A stretch of 64,000 nt of DNA, from contig CM052817.1 of NCBI GenBank assembly GCA_028534125.1, forward strand, positions 49,292,001-49,356,000. Reading direction: 5' to 3'. Made by a program: the position numbers and the translations under genes. Shown one piece after another: positions 24,294 through 37,319 of this stretch. Position 1 is the first letter of the stretch, and each line of letters begins with the position of its first letter. This DNA is from Lama glama. Its lineage: Eukaryota. Below the pieces are notes generated by a model. It did not search any database. It was given only the letters and a program-made list of their open reading frames with translations, and was not told the DNA's origin.

Positions 24294-26288
24294 ATCACAA
24301 ATTTTTGAACACACTTCAGCATTTTTTTCTCCCTTTGGCACTTGTTCTGATCTTATTTGAGATCAAAGAAGTTCATAGCACAAAACAGAACAGAAATCAC
24401 TGTATCCTGATAATACATGGATATAAGTCTCTCTCAGAAGTTAGTTGCAGTGGCGCATTATAAATCATCCAGTAACACATAAATTAGATAAGATACAGTT
24501 CTATTTCAATCATTTAAGTTGCCTGATCTCGCTAGCTAGGCTTGAAAACAAATATAGTAAAGTGATTATTAGAGAGGAAGTGCCTGGTTGGTATTAACCT
24601 ACAAATAGATCAAATAGATGTTAATTAAGATTTTCTATAATTTAAGTTATGAACTTGAGTTAGTTCATAGTGTGATCAGATGTTTTACTCAATAAATTAC
24701 AATCTTATGCAGTAAAATCCACCCAGAATAAATAGTTTACAGGCCAAATTTGTCACATTTATTATAAATCACAGACTTAATTCCCTTAAAATATCTGGGC
24801 CAATATCAGAAATAAAATTAAATTTATACTCAAAATTTAAGTGTCCCACATAAAAATAATGTTAATATATGTTATTGCCATTCATTAGGTTTTGAATGAA
24901 AATAGGAAGAAATAAACTATAAGAAGCTTTGAAAAGCTATTTTCTTAAGAGGTGAAATTAATAAAGCAAGTCGAATATAAGAGCATGAGGCAGAGATAAA
25001 AAGAATATAAGACTTAAAATCATTTTTCCTAAGTCTGTCTCTCAATCAATTAATGCACTATTACAAGAAAAAAAAGTTTAATAGATCAGAATCTTAGCTG
25101 AGGCTCAAACTTAGGAGCCTTGTCTGTGTTGGAAATTTGAAACACCAGAAAACGTTGCAGTTAATAACTTGAGGATTCTTATTAATGTACATAGAGGTGA
25201 TTTAACAAGAGCACTTTCCATCTTTTACCAAAGCAATTACATGTAACCTCACAGTCAGTTGTATATCATATGTAGCCTTTATAATCAGAAAAGCCCACAC
25301 ACCAAGAGACTTCCTGGAAATGCCAAGAAGAAAAGTAGACCAACTCAGTAACAGATGCATTGGACTTGGATGGCATACAAATTCAAGAAGCTGAGCTACA
25401 TAGACTCCTTTCATTTTGTTCAAGGATCTATTTCCTATTTCCTATTTTAGATTCTTTTAAATACTTCTCTTCTATCAACTCCTCCAAAACAACAATAATA
25501 CAACAAAACAAACAAAAAACCCCACAGTTAATCAAGCAGGGCTAGGTTTATGTGAGTTATTACAGGAAGGGGGAACTGCACTTTGGTACTGTTTCAGAAG
25601 AGAGAAGTCATGGGAAGGTAATTATAAGGTGTTGGGGCCTGGTTGGTGATATCTTTGAGAGCTTTGTAAAGGTAGGAACTGGTTGGGAATGTGCAGAGTT
25701 CAGGACAGAACTTTGGATTGCTGGATAAGGTGAGGTGAAGTCCTGAACCTTGTCCTGGTGCACAAGCCATGTGTTTTAATAATTACACAATTTGACTTGG
25801 TCAAAATCCTGTTATCCTGGGACTAACTGCTAAGTCATTGTTGTTGGATCTTAGTATTATTTAATACAGAACTAGAAAAAAAAAATCTTGGTCCTACTGT
25901 TTGAGACATGGAATAAAATTTACACTGTTTTTACAACTCACTGAAGAAAATTAAACCTGTGTCATCACAATGTGAAAGGTTCTTTGCAAGAGACTTTCTC
26001 TTTGCTGCCATGTCTTACTGATAATTAATAAATAAATCATCATACTTGCCTAGTAATCAATGATTATACACTGGTTAAAGAAAATAGATTTCATACCACA
26101 CATCTCTTTCTAAAGGGTTCTATTGGTTCACATGTTAAAAGAAAAGACAATTCTAACAGTGCTTCTCTCTTTACAAACATATGCATTCATTCTCTTCAAA
26201 CAAACTAAAAAAAGAAAAAATAATTAAATAAACAAGAACTCTGTCTTCGCTGATGCCCTTTCATAGTACAAAAACTATTACTTTTCAG

Positions 26289-26420
26289 GAGATCGAAGAG
26301 TTTATCCAGCGCTCCAGAGAAGATGGCATTGTAGTATTTACTTTGGGGTCAATGGTCCAAAACCTTCCCGAAGAAAGAGCTAGCATGATTGCATCAGCCC
26401 CAGCCCAGATTCCACAGAAG
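26289..26420 (+). pseudogene. Gene B exon 3 (132 bp, frame open)
   Basis: AG 26287-26288, GT 26421. [44 protein letters not shown]. Confidence 0.93.
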
Positions 26421-28365
26421 GTCTGATAAATTGCCTTCGTACTGAACAACTACTTGAGTGAGTCTCTTTAAGTTCGGTAGAGTGGATCCATTAACATGGT
26501 TTTTGAAAGGAGAGAGAATTTCATAAGGCAGTTAAGTCAAAATGAACTGGTATGATTGTTTTCCTCTTTAAGTTGTATCTTAAAATGGTGCAAGGGGAAC
26601 ACATTTGCTTAAATATTCCTTTCAAGTTTTACTTTGTTCTCAGAGACATTCATATATTAAAGATCAGTGCTATTAAGTTAATAGGAAGGACACAAGGATG
26701 CCCAAACTTTACCCCACATATCAAAATTTTTCCCAGTGGGCTTCCTGGGGGGCTGTGGAAATTATGAGCAGCAGAGCAGCATCACAGAACTGTTCAATTG
26801 GTAGCTGTGCTCAATATTCAATGTTCAAAATAGAATTTTGCTGAGTTGAAGCAAAAAGATTTCAAGTCCTTCCCTCCTGCTCCTCCTCCTTCTTCTCCCA
26901 AGATGAAAACAGCATATATCTTAAAACCAACCCTTGAGAAAAAGACCAAAAGAGAAGCCTGAGGGCCAGGCTTGCTTTCCTGTTACAGCAGGAAAGGGCG
27001 ACAGGAAGAGGCACCGGCTCTGACTTTAAGGTCTCCTAGTCCTGCCCATTAGCAGCTTGGCCTAATCAACATACTGTTCTGACCAACTGGATTAACAACT
27101 ACTTTCTCAGAGGTGGGGAGGAAGAGGAGAGGCAAAAACCAGGAAGGCATGGGGAGAGTCAGGGTTAAGCACACAGAAAATTACAGAAGTCCTCCTTCCC
27201 ATAAAATGCTGTAGTTATGTTTATGACAGTACAAGTTCAATCTGAGCTCTCTCACTAGCTGTGAACTACTTGCCACCTTCGGGCATGATATAAACTGCCC
27301 CAGACAACCCACACTCCTTTTATCTTTGAAAGCCTGGAATCGGGCTGACTGCCTTGACAAGTAAGAGACAGACATCTATCTGCCTTTAAAAAAAAAATGA
27401 ATTGAGAAGTGAGTATTTCAGCATCAGTCATTTCTTAGGGCTGGATATAGCATCTTTAATACATTCTAAATTAGTGTTTTCTATTGTATAAAATGCAATT
27501 AGTGCTCTTGACAGCACAAACTGCTAATCTGCCTATTGTGCTTATAATGATCAAGGAAAATTAATGTGGCTTTGTTCATTTTTTTCAAAATATTATCACT
27601 TGTATAATTCTGCAGTTACTAGCTTTGTATAATAAATATGTAAAACTGTGCATGGATATTTCCACTATTAATGCCTTGGTGGGAAAAATACTGAGATAAT
27701 ACCAGGGAAATTTACACTTAAAAGATTATACGAAGCAGTGATTTTCCAACATTTAACCTAAAATACTTTATATTCCCTCTATCAGTAGAAGAAACTTTAT
27801 CCCTTTTTCCCAAGTAGAAGAAAGTATAATACTTCTGAGAATACAGCATAGAAAGACATAAATATTCATTAAAATACTTCATGAAGAACGTGAACATAGC
27901 AAATTCTCACTTATTCTTCCCAGAACCTGCTAAGCAAGCAAAGCCTCTTCCAGAGTAAAACCACAAGGTTGCTGTATAAGATAGTCACATGAAACAAAGT
28001 GGTAGAAATTTCAGTCAACTTTGTGTTTACACTCCAGTTCTGACTGATTCTTGAATGCTTTTAACTATTAAAATACATTATTGACAAATGAATTTACCTC
28101 AGCTCTTTACAACTAATAATAACATGTTGTAGTAAACTCTACGAAAAGATAGTTGATAGACAGGTTCCCAGGTTTTTGGTACTTTAATTTTTTAAAAACT
28201 ATACGACAGCACTCATTCTTTAACATTTCTGGGAAGAAATGTTCACATTTGTTAATTGAAGGAAGCTGGGCAAGACGCCTTCCTAGTAGACTTTAACCTC
28301 TAAAATGCTCTAAGCCTGTGATCATATTCACAGAGTAGAGCATTTTCTTTGTCTTGTCTTAACAG

Positions 28366-28445
28366 GTTCTGTGGAGGTTGAGGAGAAGCCAGACACACTG
28401 GGAAACATACTCGGCTCTATGAGTGGATCCCACAGTATGATCTTG
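28366..28445 (+). pseudogene. Gene B exon 4 (80 bp instead of 88, frameshifted)
   Basis: CAG|GTTCTGTGGAG...AAGCCAGACACACTGGGA...TACTCGGCTCTATGAGTGGATCCCACAG...TGATCTTG|GTAAG; matches VLWR..KPDTLG..TRLYEWIPQ.DL only with frame changes. Confidence 0.9.
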
Positions 28446-29130
28446 GTAAGACGGTGGCAAATAAGTAGTAAATTCTAATTGAGAGAAAATCTCAGGGAAA
28501 ATAGTGGAACAGCAATGTAATGCAACATTTGCTTTTGAAAACATCCACAACCAGGTACTAACTATCTCTCACCTGTAAATTTTCAATAGCTTCTTGACTG
28601 ATCTTCGTGCCTCCACAGTCTTCCACCTCATACATCTACTGCTATTCTAGTTCTTTTGTCTAATTTAATATCGGAAATATCCATACTGTTCTATGAACTT
28701 TCCATGCCTCACACTGCCTACAAAATAAAGTACATCTGATAGAATATGACTTTTTGATCAACCCATCCATTATTTGTCCTCTATTCCAAACATCCCCTGA
28801 GATTCTCCATATATTATCAGAGCAAATCATTCCCTGTACATTTAAGAGACAATGGTTCTTCACTCCATGATTCTGAACATGGTGTTTTTTGAATCAGGAA
28901 CCACTCCCACACTTGTCAACTGGCCAAAACAACACTATACTAATATACTTTCTAAGGTAATTTTCCTTTCTTTCATTTCCTCAGACTTTCTTTGGAAATC
29001 CACAAATGTTTATACAATCCCATGTGCACAGTAGTCCTATGCAGAAAATATTGCCCTCTTTATTGGCTTATACTATCAATTTCTAACGATGGGACTTAGA
29101 ATTTATTGTTTTCATTGATCTCTTTCTTAG

Positions 29131-29350
29131 GTCACCCCAAAACCAACGCTTTTATTACTCATGGTGGTGTCAATGGCATCTATGAAGCCATTTACCATGG
29201 GATTCCAATTGTGGGACTCCCCGTGTTTGTTAACCAACCTGATAATGTTGCTCACATGACGGCCAAGGGAGCAGCTATTAGACTGGACTTGAACACAGTG
29301 TCAAGTACAGATTTGTTCGATGCATTTAAAACCATCATTAATGACCCTTT
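29131..29350 (+). pseudogene. Gene B exon 5 (220 bp, frame open)
   Basis: TAG|GTCACCCC...; [49 protein letters not shown]...INDP|GTGAGT. UGT signature region; the usual DQ dipeptide reads NQ. Confidence 0.94.
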
Positions 29351-29613
29351 GTGAGTATAAGCTTTTTTAACTGAGTAGTATTTATAGATAAGTTCTCTTT
29401 TCAAGTAATGGATTTTTTCTCCTTATTAAAAAACTGATTTTGAAATAATTAAAATGATATAACCAAACTGAAATTCACTTCTACATTCAACCAGTTATTT
29501 CAAAGTAGCATTTTAATCCTCTGGATTGATAAGCAACTAGTTAGTGCAACAATTTTCTATGCAAAGAAAAAATTCAAAGCTATATAGTTTATATTAAGAA
29601 GCATGCATTTTTA

Positions 29614-30078
29614 TGTTGTATTAGTTTCTGATGTACAGCATGGATGGACTTGGAAGGCATTATGCTAAGTGAAATAAGTCAGACAAAGACAAATAGTATA
29701 AGATACCACTTACATGTGGAATCTAAAAAAATACAACAAACTAGTGAATATAACAGAAAAGAAACAGACTTAACAGATGTAGAGAAGGAACTAGTGGTTA
29801 CCAGTGGGGAGAGAGAAAAGAGTGGGGGAAGATGGAGGTGGAGGATTAAGAGGTACAAACTACCAGGTATAAAATAAGCTACAAGAATGTATTGTACAAC
29901 ATGGGAAATACAGCCAATATTTTATAATAACTATAAATGGAGTATAACCTGTAAAAATTGTGAATCACTATATTGTGTACCTGTAACATATAATATTGTA
30001 CATTAACTATATCTCAATTTAAAAATATGATACTGTAAAAGAAATGCATAAATTTTAAAAAGTAAAGAGCAAAAAATA
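29614..30078 (+). mobile_element. 5'-truncated L1 3' end with TSD
   Basis: TGGATGGACTTGGAAGGCATTATGCTAAGTGAAATAAGTCAGAC...; TSD AAGCATGCATTTTTA (29599-29613) / AAGCATGTATTTTTA (30079-30093). Confidence 0.85.
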
Positions 30079-30189
30079 AAGCATGTATTTTTAAAAATAT
30101 GACTGAATCCACAGAAGACTGAAAAATGTTAAAGAAAATAGTTTAATTTAATACTTCAAATTTCCAAAACTATAAAAATACTAAAAATG

Positions 30190-31030
30190 ACTAACCTTTC
30201 TACCTCTATGGAGCTGCCTATTCTGAACATTTTATATAAATGGCATCATCCAGTATGTGGCCTTTTGCAACTGACTTCTTTTTCTTAGCAACTTTTACTT
30301 TTTAGTTGCATTCACATTCCATCATGTATCAGTACTTTGTTCCTTTATATCGTTCAGTAATATTCTATGGCATGAATATACCATTCATTATTAATGTGGT
30401 ATTAATTTTAATTAATTATTATGAGTTATTAATATATTCATCAGTTGATGGACACTTCATTTTTTTCACTTTTGTCTATCATGAACAATGATGCTACAAA
30501 ACACTGTTATACATATTTTGGTGTGAACATATGCTTTTATTGCTTTTTGGTATATATCTTGGTATCATATATTGGGTCATATGATAACTTTATGTTTATG
30601 AGGAGCTACCAAACTATCTTCCAAAGTAGTCACATCATTTTACATTCCCTCCACCAGTGTCTAAGAGTTCCAATCCTCCGTAACATTGCCAATACACATA
30701 TTATATATTATTATAATTTTATTATAGCCATTCTAGTGGGTGTGAAGTGGTCTCTTTGTGGTCTTGATTTGCATTTTACTCATGGTTACTAACGTTGAGA
30801 ATATTTTCATGTACTTATTGGCTATTTTTATATCTTCTTTGGAGACATTTCTCTTCCAATTCTTTACCCTGTTTTTAGTTGGGTTATCTGTCTTTTTATT
30901 ATTAAACTGTTAGAACTCTTTTGTATCATATACACATGTCCTTTATCAGATAAATGATTTGAAAATATATTCTCAAATAGTAAGTTATTTTTCTTGCCAG
31001 TGTCCTTAGAAACACAATTTTAAAAAAATT
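30190..31030 (-). mobile_element. Old L1M 3' fragment
   Basis: ..CATTTTACATTCCCTCCACCAGTG..ATAGCCATTCTAGTGGGTGTGAAGTGG..TTGATTTGCATTT.. Boundaries approximate. Confidence 0.75.
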
Positions 31031-31089
31031 GATGGAATAAATCTTTAATAATTAAATGTTTCCATACTCAGCTGAGTCTGTCAAAACTG

Positions 31090-32390
31090 TTAAAACTTCC
31101 TAGAAAGGCAACTCCCAGAACAGATGCCTTCACTAGTGAATACTTTCAAGTACTTAAAAAAGAAATACCACCAATCTTCCACAAACTCTTCTAGATAATC
31201 TCATACTAACACCTTCCAAGTCATTTTATGAGGACATAATATCCTTAATATCAGTCCCAGATAAAGATATTACAACACAAAAGAATTTAAAAACAATTCC
31301 TTCCCTAAGTCAAATATAAAAGAACTAAGTAGAGTATCATATGAAAAGAACAAAACATCATGGCCAAAATGGGTTTATTCCAAGATTCCATTACTGTTAT
31401 TCCATTTTTCCATATTATTCCATTATTCCAAGATTCCTATATGTATAAAAATCAATAAAAATTATTCAATGAATTGTCAAAATAAAAGAAAAAAAAATAT
31501 TACACCATTCCAATGTTTTAGAAAAATTGATAAAAGTCAACATCCACTTATAATACTTTAAAAAAAAAACCTTTTGCAAACTAGAAATAGAAAGAAATGC
31601 CCTTAATCTTATAATGATTATATAAAATCCCTATAAAATATTACACTCACTGGCAAAATATATACAGCTTTATCCTCTTCATTAGTCATTAGGAAAATAT
31701 AAACTAAAACTTCACTATTAACTCATCATAAAAACTAAAATTTAAGGATTATCCCTATCAAGCATTGACAAGAATGTGGAGAAATAGGGACTCTACCATA
31801 CTACTGGTGAGAACACAAGTTAATAAACCACTTCAGAAAACTGTTTAGTGATAGCAATGAAACCCAAACATACATGCACCTTTCCCTCAGCCAATCCATT
31901 CCTTGATATATGACTAACAAAAATGTATAACTATGTAAACCAAAAGACATATACAAGAGTTATTGCAACCACATTAATAGTAATGGCCAAAAACTGTGTA
32001 CAATCTAAATGCGCATTGATCAAAGAATGAATTAATGATTTGTGGTATTGTCATACAAGGGAATACTATACAACAATGGAATTAGCTACCATTTGCTACA
32101 CAGGACAGACACAGAAAAGTATATACTATATGATTCCAATATATACACAAGTATAATACTTCTATGGTGTTAGAAGTCAGGCTACTACTTACTTTGGGGA
32201 AGACAGAAGTGACTGGAGGCATCCACAAGGAAGGGGTGCTTCTGGGGAGCTTACAGTACTCTACAGCATGATCAGGGCAGGAGCTATCATTGTGTTTCAC
32301 TTGGTGGTCATTTTCTAGCTAATTTTGAATTTTGAGCTCTTTACTTGGGATTTGTGCAGTTTTCATACATATTTTATACTTAAAGATTTT
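31090..32390 (+). mobile_element. Very old L1M(E)-type fragments
   Basis: Degraded RT-region and 3' motifs (CCAGAACAGATGCCTTCACTAGTGAAT; CCAAAAGACATATACAAGAG; GGAATACTATACAACAATG). Confidence 0.6.
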
Positions 32391-32479
32391 AGAAAATATA
32401 ACATTTAAATTTTCCTGCACATTAAATAGCAAAATAAACAACAAAAACAATAGAAGAAATGCCCACAACTACTATCAAA

Positions 32480-32930
32480 ATGTGGTCAGGAAAATCCACT
32501 CTGAAGATGACACTGAAGCAAAGTCCTCAATCAAGAGGTAGAAGCAAGACCCAGGGGGTTGTGGGGAAAATAATCCAGGAGAAGGACAGAGGGGACTGAC
32601 AGTGCAAAGGTGCTGAGGTGAGAACATATTTGCAACATGGAGGAACAGAAGGCCAATGTTCCTACAACCACAACAGAGTGTGCATGGAACAAAGTGATCA
32701 AGGAAGAGATTGCCAGGGGTCTGAGCATGCAGGATGCTATCAGTAAAAGAGCAGCTTTGGGTTTTATTCTAAAAGTGATGAGAAGTCAGATGGAAATTTT
32801 GAGTAGCAGGGTATAATAATCTAAGATGTGTTTCCAAAAAATTATTCTGGCCACTGGTAGAAGATAGCTGGTAGAAGAGAGAAGAGTCAAAGCACCAGGA
32901 TTGAGTAAGAGCCATTTCACTATCCATGAT
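32480..32930 (-). mobile_element. L2-like fragment
   Basis: Purine-rich AGTGCAAAGGTGCTGAGGTGAGAAC..GAGGAACAGAAGGCCAATG..GGGTTTTATTCTAAAAGTGATGAGAAG resembles antisense L2. Confidence 0.55.
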
Positions 32931-33275
32931 TCAATTACTCTTTAAAAACTATAAGAGCATCATCCTAAAATGCTATTTCCACCACCCAATTTATAGTGCT
33001 TAGACTGGCTCATATCAATTCTGCCACTAGAAAAGACTGAATTTTCCCACCTGACCTTCCATTTTCACTGTTTAACTATTTGTTCATCAGAAAATTTTAA
33101 GTTAAGAGCCAAACTTTCTATGATGACCCAAATAAAAATGTCTACTATTTCTGTAACTGTATGACATTTATTTTGAATAATTTGTATGACATCTTGGAAA
33201 AACTATTTATGCTATTAGTATGCTAAAGCAAATTAACTACATTTAAATGTTGATATCTTTGTGCTTCTCCTTTAG

Positions 33276-33543
<268 letters not shown>

Positions 33544-36204
33544 CTCTATCTGAAGTCTGAAACAGGAATGCCCCATACATGACCCTCTTTCAGCTGACTC
33601 GAGCAAGAAGGAGTTATGATGAGGTTCCTGTCCTCCTGTGACAAAAGGACTTTTCACAATTTAGCATCAAAGATCAAAATTTGCTTTCAAGGGATTTTCT
33701 TCCTGCTTAAGAGTTAGAAATACGTCATGCCAAGAGAAAAGCTGCTGAGATATTAAATAAAAATAAAACTATAAGGGTATATATATTGAAATTGATTATT
33801 TTAATTAAAATTTTATACTAAAAAGAAATCGTTGAATTTAATTCTGCTTCACAAGATATGCATGGACAAAAGAACCATAACAAGTCTACTCACAATATCA
33901 ATATTATTTTGTAGATATTCAGAATATTTTAACTTTATTTTGGGGCAGAATTTTATAGTTTTATCTTGCTACAGAAACTGTTCAATACTTGAAATTGTGT
34001 AAAAGATTCACCCTTCCACTTCATTTGTGAGTCCACGAACACTTCTTGGATTTTACTGTGCATCCAGCCTCAGCATCACTCCTTACCTAAAGCCATGGCA
34101 ACTCACTTGCATTCCTCCAGGTTAAGTCATGTCCCAGTGAAATGTCTGTGGAATCAGTCATACAGCAACTGCTACCTGCTTCCTATTATAAAACTGAGCC
34201 ATTTGTGAAAATCTTTGATTTCATGACTGAATGTTCTTTTTCTCCTTAATTTTAAAAATATTCACCTGATCGCTTTCATTCCTATATTCAGCCTTTGATA
34301 ATGGATAAAACTTTTCAATTGTAAACCAAGAAAATATACAACCTGTACTCTACAGGGAATTACTGAATTTTCATTCTCTCCAAATGTACCTAAATATATT
34401 ACATACCATATCTATATCTATATACATTCTTTCAAAACAAGACAGAGCATCACTTAGCTACTTGCAAAACAGTGTGAAATTCAATGTGTTTGTTAAACAC
34501 AGAATGAAATAATTACTATTGTCCCATATACCATACTTTAGATTATGTGTGCCATTCTTCTGTCTCTTTTCTCAAGAGCTTATTTCTCCATCAATCCCAC
34601 AACAATTATCTGTAAACATTCAATCCTTTGCCAAAACCAAAAATAATAAAAGCATCATTTTCTTTAAACCTAGGCCCTCCTTGACTGATGTAATCGGTAA
34701 CAGTAGGTAGAATGCAAAAATTATATAAATTTTATGGAAAATTGGTAAATCAAATGAAAGAAATCTTAAGGCACTCTTGAAAACTGCACATCAAAAAAGG
34801 ACTTTAGTATCAAAGTGATCAGATGAGAAAAAGCATAATTGTCTTATTGGTCAAAACCACCATCTAAATCATATGACAATCATTCCTCAGCCTAAGGCAT
34901 AATTTATTTTTAAAATAAATTAAAACATTCATGTCTAGGGAATTATTGAAAAAAATGTGCCACAGAATTTTCAATACAACTCATACATATAATTGACACT
35001 TTAAAAAAAATGGAACTAATATGGTGCCATAGTATATAATATTTTTAAATCACATATCTAGACTTAAATAATTTTCTTCAAATTGATTCTACAACATGTG
35101 TAACAGAGAAAAGATTGGTAGTCATTGTACAGTGAGAACTACTTCTAATCTCCAATAAAAAGTCAGTCAATATGAAATTAGATGAAGCATATGAATTTTC
35201 AGGATTTTCCCAGAAGTGAAATTGCCAATGATATATGAAAGGTGACAGGTCACTGATGAATTTGGAAACAAAAATTAAGTCAATGAATTATTTTCCTGGA
35301 GATGATCTGCAGAACAAATAAACTTGGGGCACACCTTTTCTGAAGTATACTGTGGAAATACCCATTAAAATAAAATATAAACATACTGTTTGAAATTGCA
35401 ACCCTACATCTAGGAATCTTCATGCAGAAACACTTGTTTATGTTCATAATTATATTCTGAATATTCCCACTAGATTTTAAACGGCTATTCATTAGTAAGC
35501 ATGGCTACAACATGGTATGGGTAATACAGCCATGAGAGGAAGCACAGATTATGGGTAATATTGTTGAATGCTCTCCATGTCATTTTACTAAATAAAGAAC
35601 AAGTCCAGAGATTACAAAAAAAAGAGAGCATGACATTCTCCTTTGGATATAAAATGAAATATATGTAAATTTGTAAACCATAGAGGAAATTCTCTTAAAG
35701 AATACACTGAATTCCCAATGATGAGAATTAAAATTTTTATTCTCTGGACATCATTATTTGACCTTTCACAATAGTTTTCATTTGTTAATTACATGGTTTA
35801 AAAATTAGTGAAATCAACATATTGAGTCAAGATATTAAGTTCTATAATTTTCATATCTTATTATCAATGTATTAGTTTCACTCAGAACACTTGACTGGAA
35901 ACCTGACATACTATGAAATATATCAAATTAGGGCCTTTTTTAGTACACCAATTTCAGGTTTTATAAAGAAATATATTACATGTATTTGCAATTTCAATAG
36001 TCTTAAACGTCCTGACTCACAAAAATTTAATGGCTTTACTATGGTTTTAATGTCAATACTGAAATAAATTTAGAATAGCTCAGGGACCTCTGCCAGCTTA
36101 CTTCAAATATTTATATTTATAGTGTTTATATAACTAAAAATACTTTGACATCTCTCCCATCAAGTAATTTCTACTCTCTTGACCTTTAGAAAGTCTTGTT
36201 GCTG

Positions 36205-36342
36205 AGAGGGGAAGGGTATAGCTCGGGATGCTGTGTGTGCTTAGCTTGCACAAAGTCCTGGGTTCAAACCCCAGGACTTCCATTAAAATAAGTAAATAAA
36301 CCTAACTACTTCCCTTTCAAAAAATTTTTTTAAAGTTTTAAA
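36205..36342 (+). mobile_element. tRNA-derived SINE (Vic-1-like)
   Basis: GGGGAAGGGTATAGCTC..GTCCTGGGTTCAAACCCCAG, A-rich tail; imperfect TSD AGAAAGTCTTGTTGCTG (36188-36204) / AGAAAACTTTGTTGCTG (36343-36359). Confidence 0.88.
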
Positions 36343-36899
36343 AGAAAACTTTGTTGCTGTCTCACAAATGTTGCAGTCTAACCTCCAATACTCAGTCACA
36401 AAATGCAACACATTGTCTATTTATTTGTCTTTCTCTCTCTCTATCTGCCTCTCTCTTCCCTCCCTAGCTCCCTACTCATCATGAAGCCCTGAACCACACC
36501 CAATGTCCCCATGGTAAATGATCATTTGTGGAGAGTTCATAGATATGTCTGAAAAGATCCAGTACTTCGGCCCTCCAGCAGATTGAGTCTTCTCAAACCA
36601 ATCACCAGATATGTCCAGATAATTACAACCCCAGCCACACAGGATTGTAACCAACTGAGAAACCTCCTACAACAATCATGTAGCTAAGCATAGACAACAC
36701 CCAGAACTATAATAGATAAAAATAAAATGAGGACTGCTCTTCTAAGCCCCTACTTTTAAGGGCACTTATTACGCAGTAATACCCCACTGGGAAAATAATT
36801 ATACTTTTGTCATAATATTACAATAAAGATATAGCTTAATAATGGGACATTATCAATGTTACGTCTTGGAAAACTGTAACACAAAAAGGAGATCCACCA

Positions 36900-37150
36900 T
36901 ATCAAAACGGTCAAGAGGTTGCACTCTGTACTCAGACAGCATGGATTTAAGTCCCCGCAGAACTGCCACAGAGTTGTGTGGGGTTGGGAGTGTTACTGTA
37001 CCTCCCTAAGCCTCAGCTGCCCCATCAGTGAAATGTAGATAAAGTAATGGTATTAACCACTTCATGGAGTTGTTGAAAGTCTGAATATACTAACCTTGTA
37101 AAGCACTAAACGTAGTTGGTGTATATATTGGAATATAGCTTACATTAACT
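36900..37150 (+). mobile_element. MIR-like SINE
   Basis: CTCCCTAAGCCTCAGCTGCCCCATCAGTGAAATGTAGATAA..ACCACTTCATGGAGTTGTTG..TGTAAAGCACT core motif. Confidence 0.6.
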
Positions 37151-37319
37151 ATTCCTATTTAAAGGAATAGAAACATGTTCACAATACTTTTCGTTCTCAG
37201 GTTTATGTAATATGTATTTTTATGTAACATGTTTCAAATGTAAATAATGATAATAACAGCATTTCCTGTAAATATGCAGAAATTAAATAAGGAGGAATAA
37301 ATCGATGGCACAGGACTGT

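Noticed and set aside
25281..25330. CAG|AAAAGCCCAC.., resembling the start of exon 2 (GKPT) in gene B
   Set aside because: Only about 10 bp match; none of the conserved WDFEFP/GGLHCKP sequence follows.
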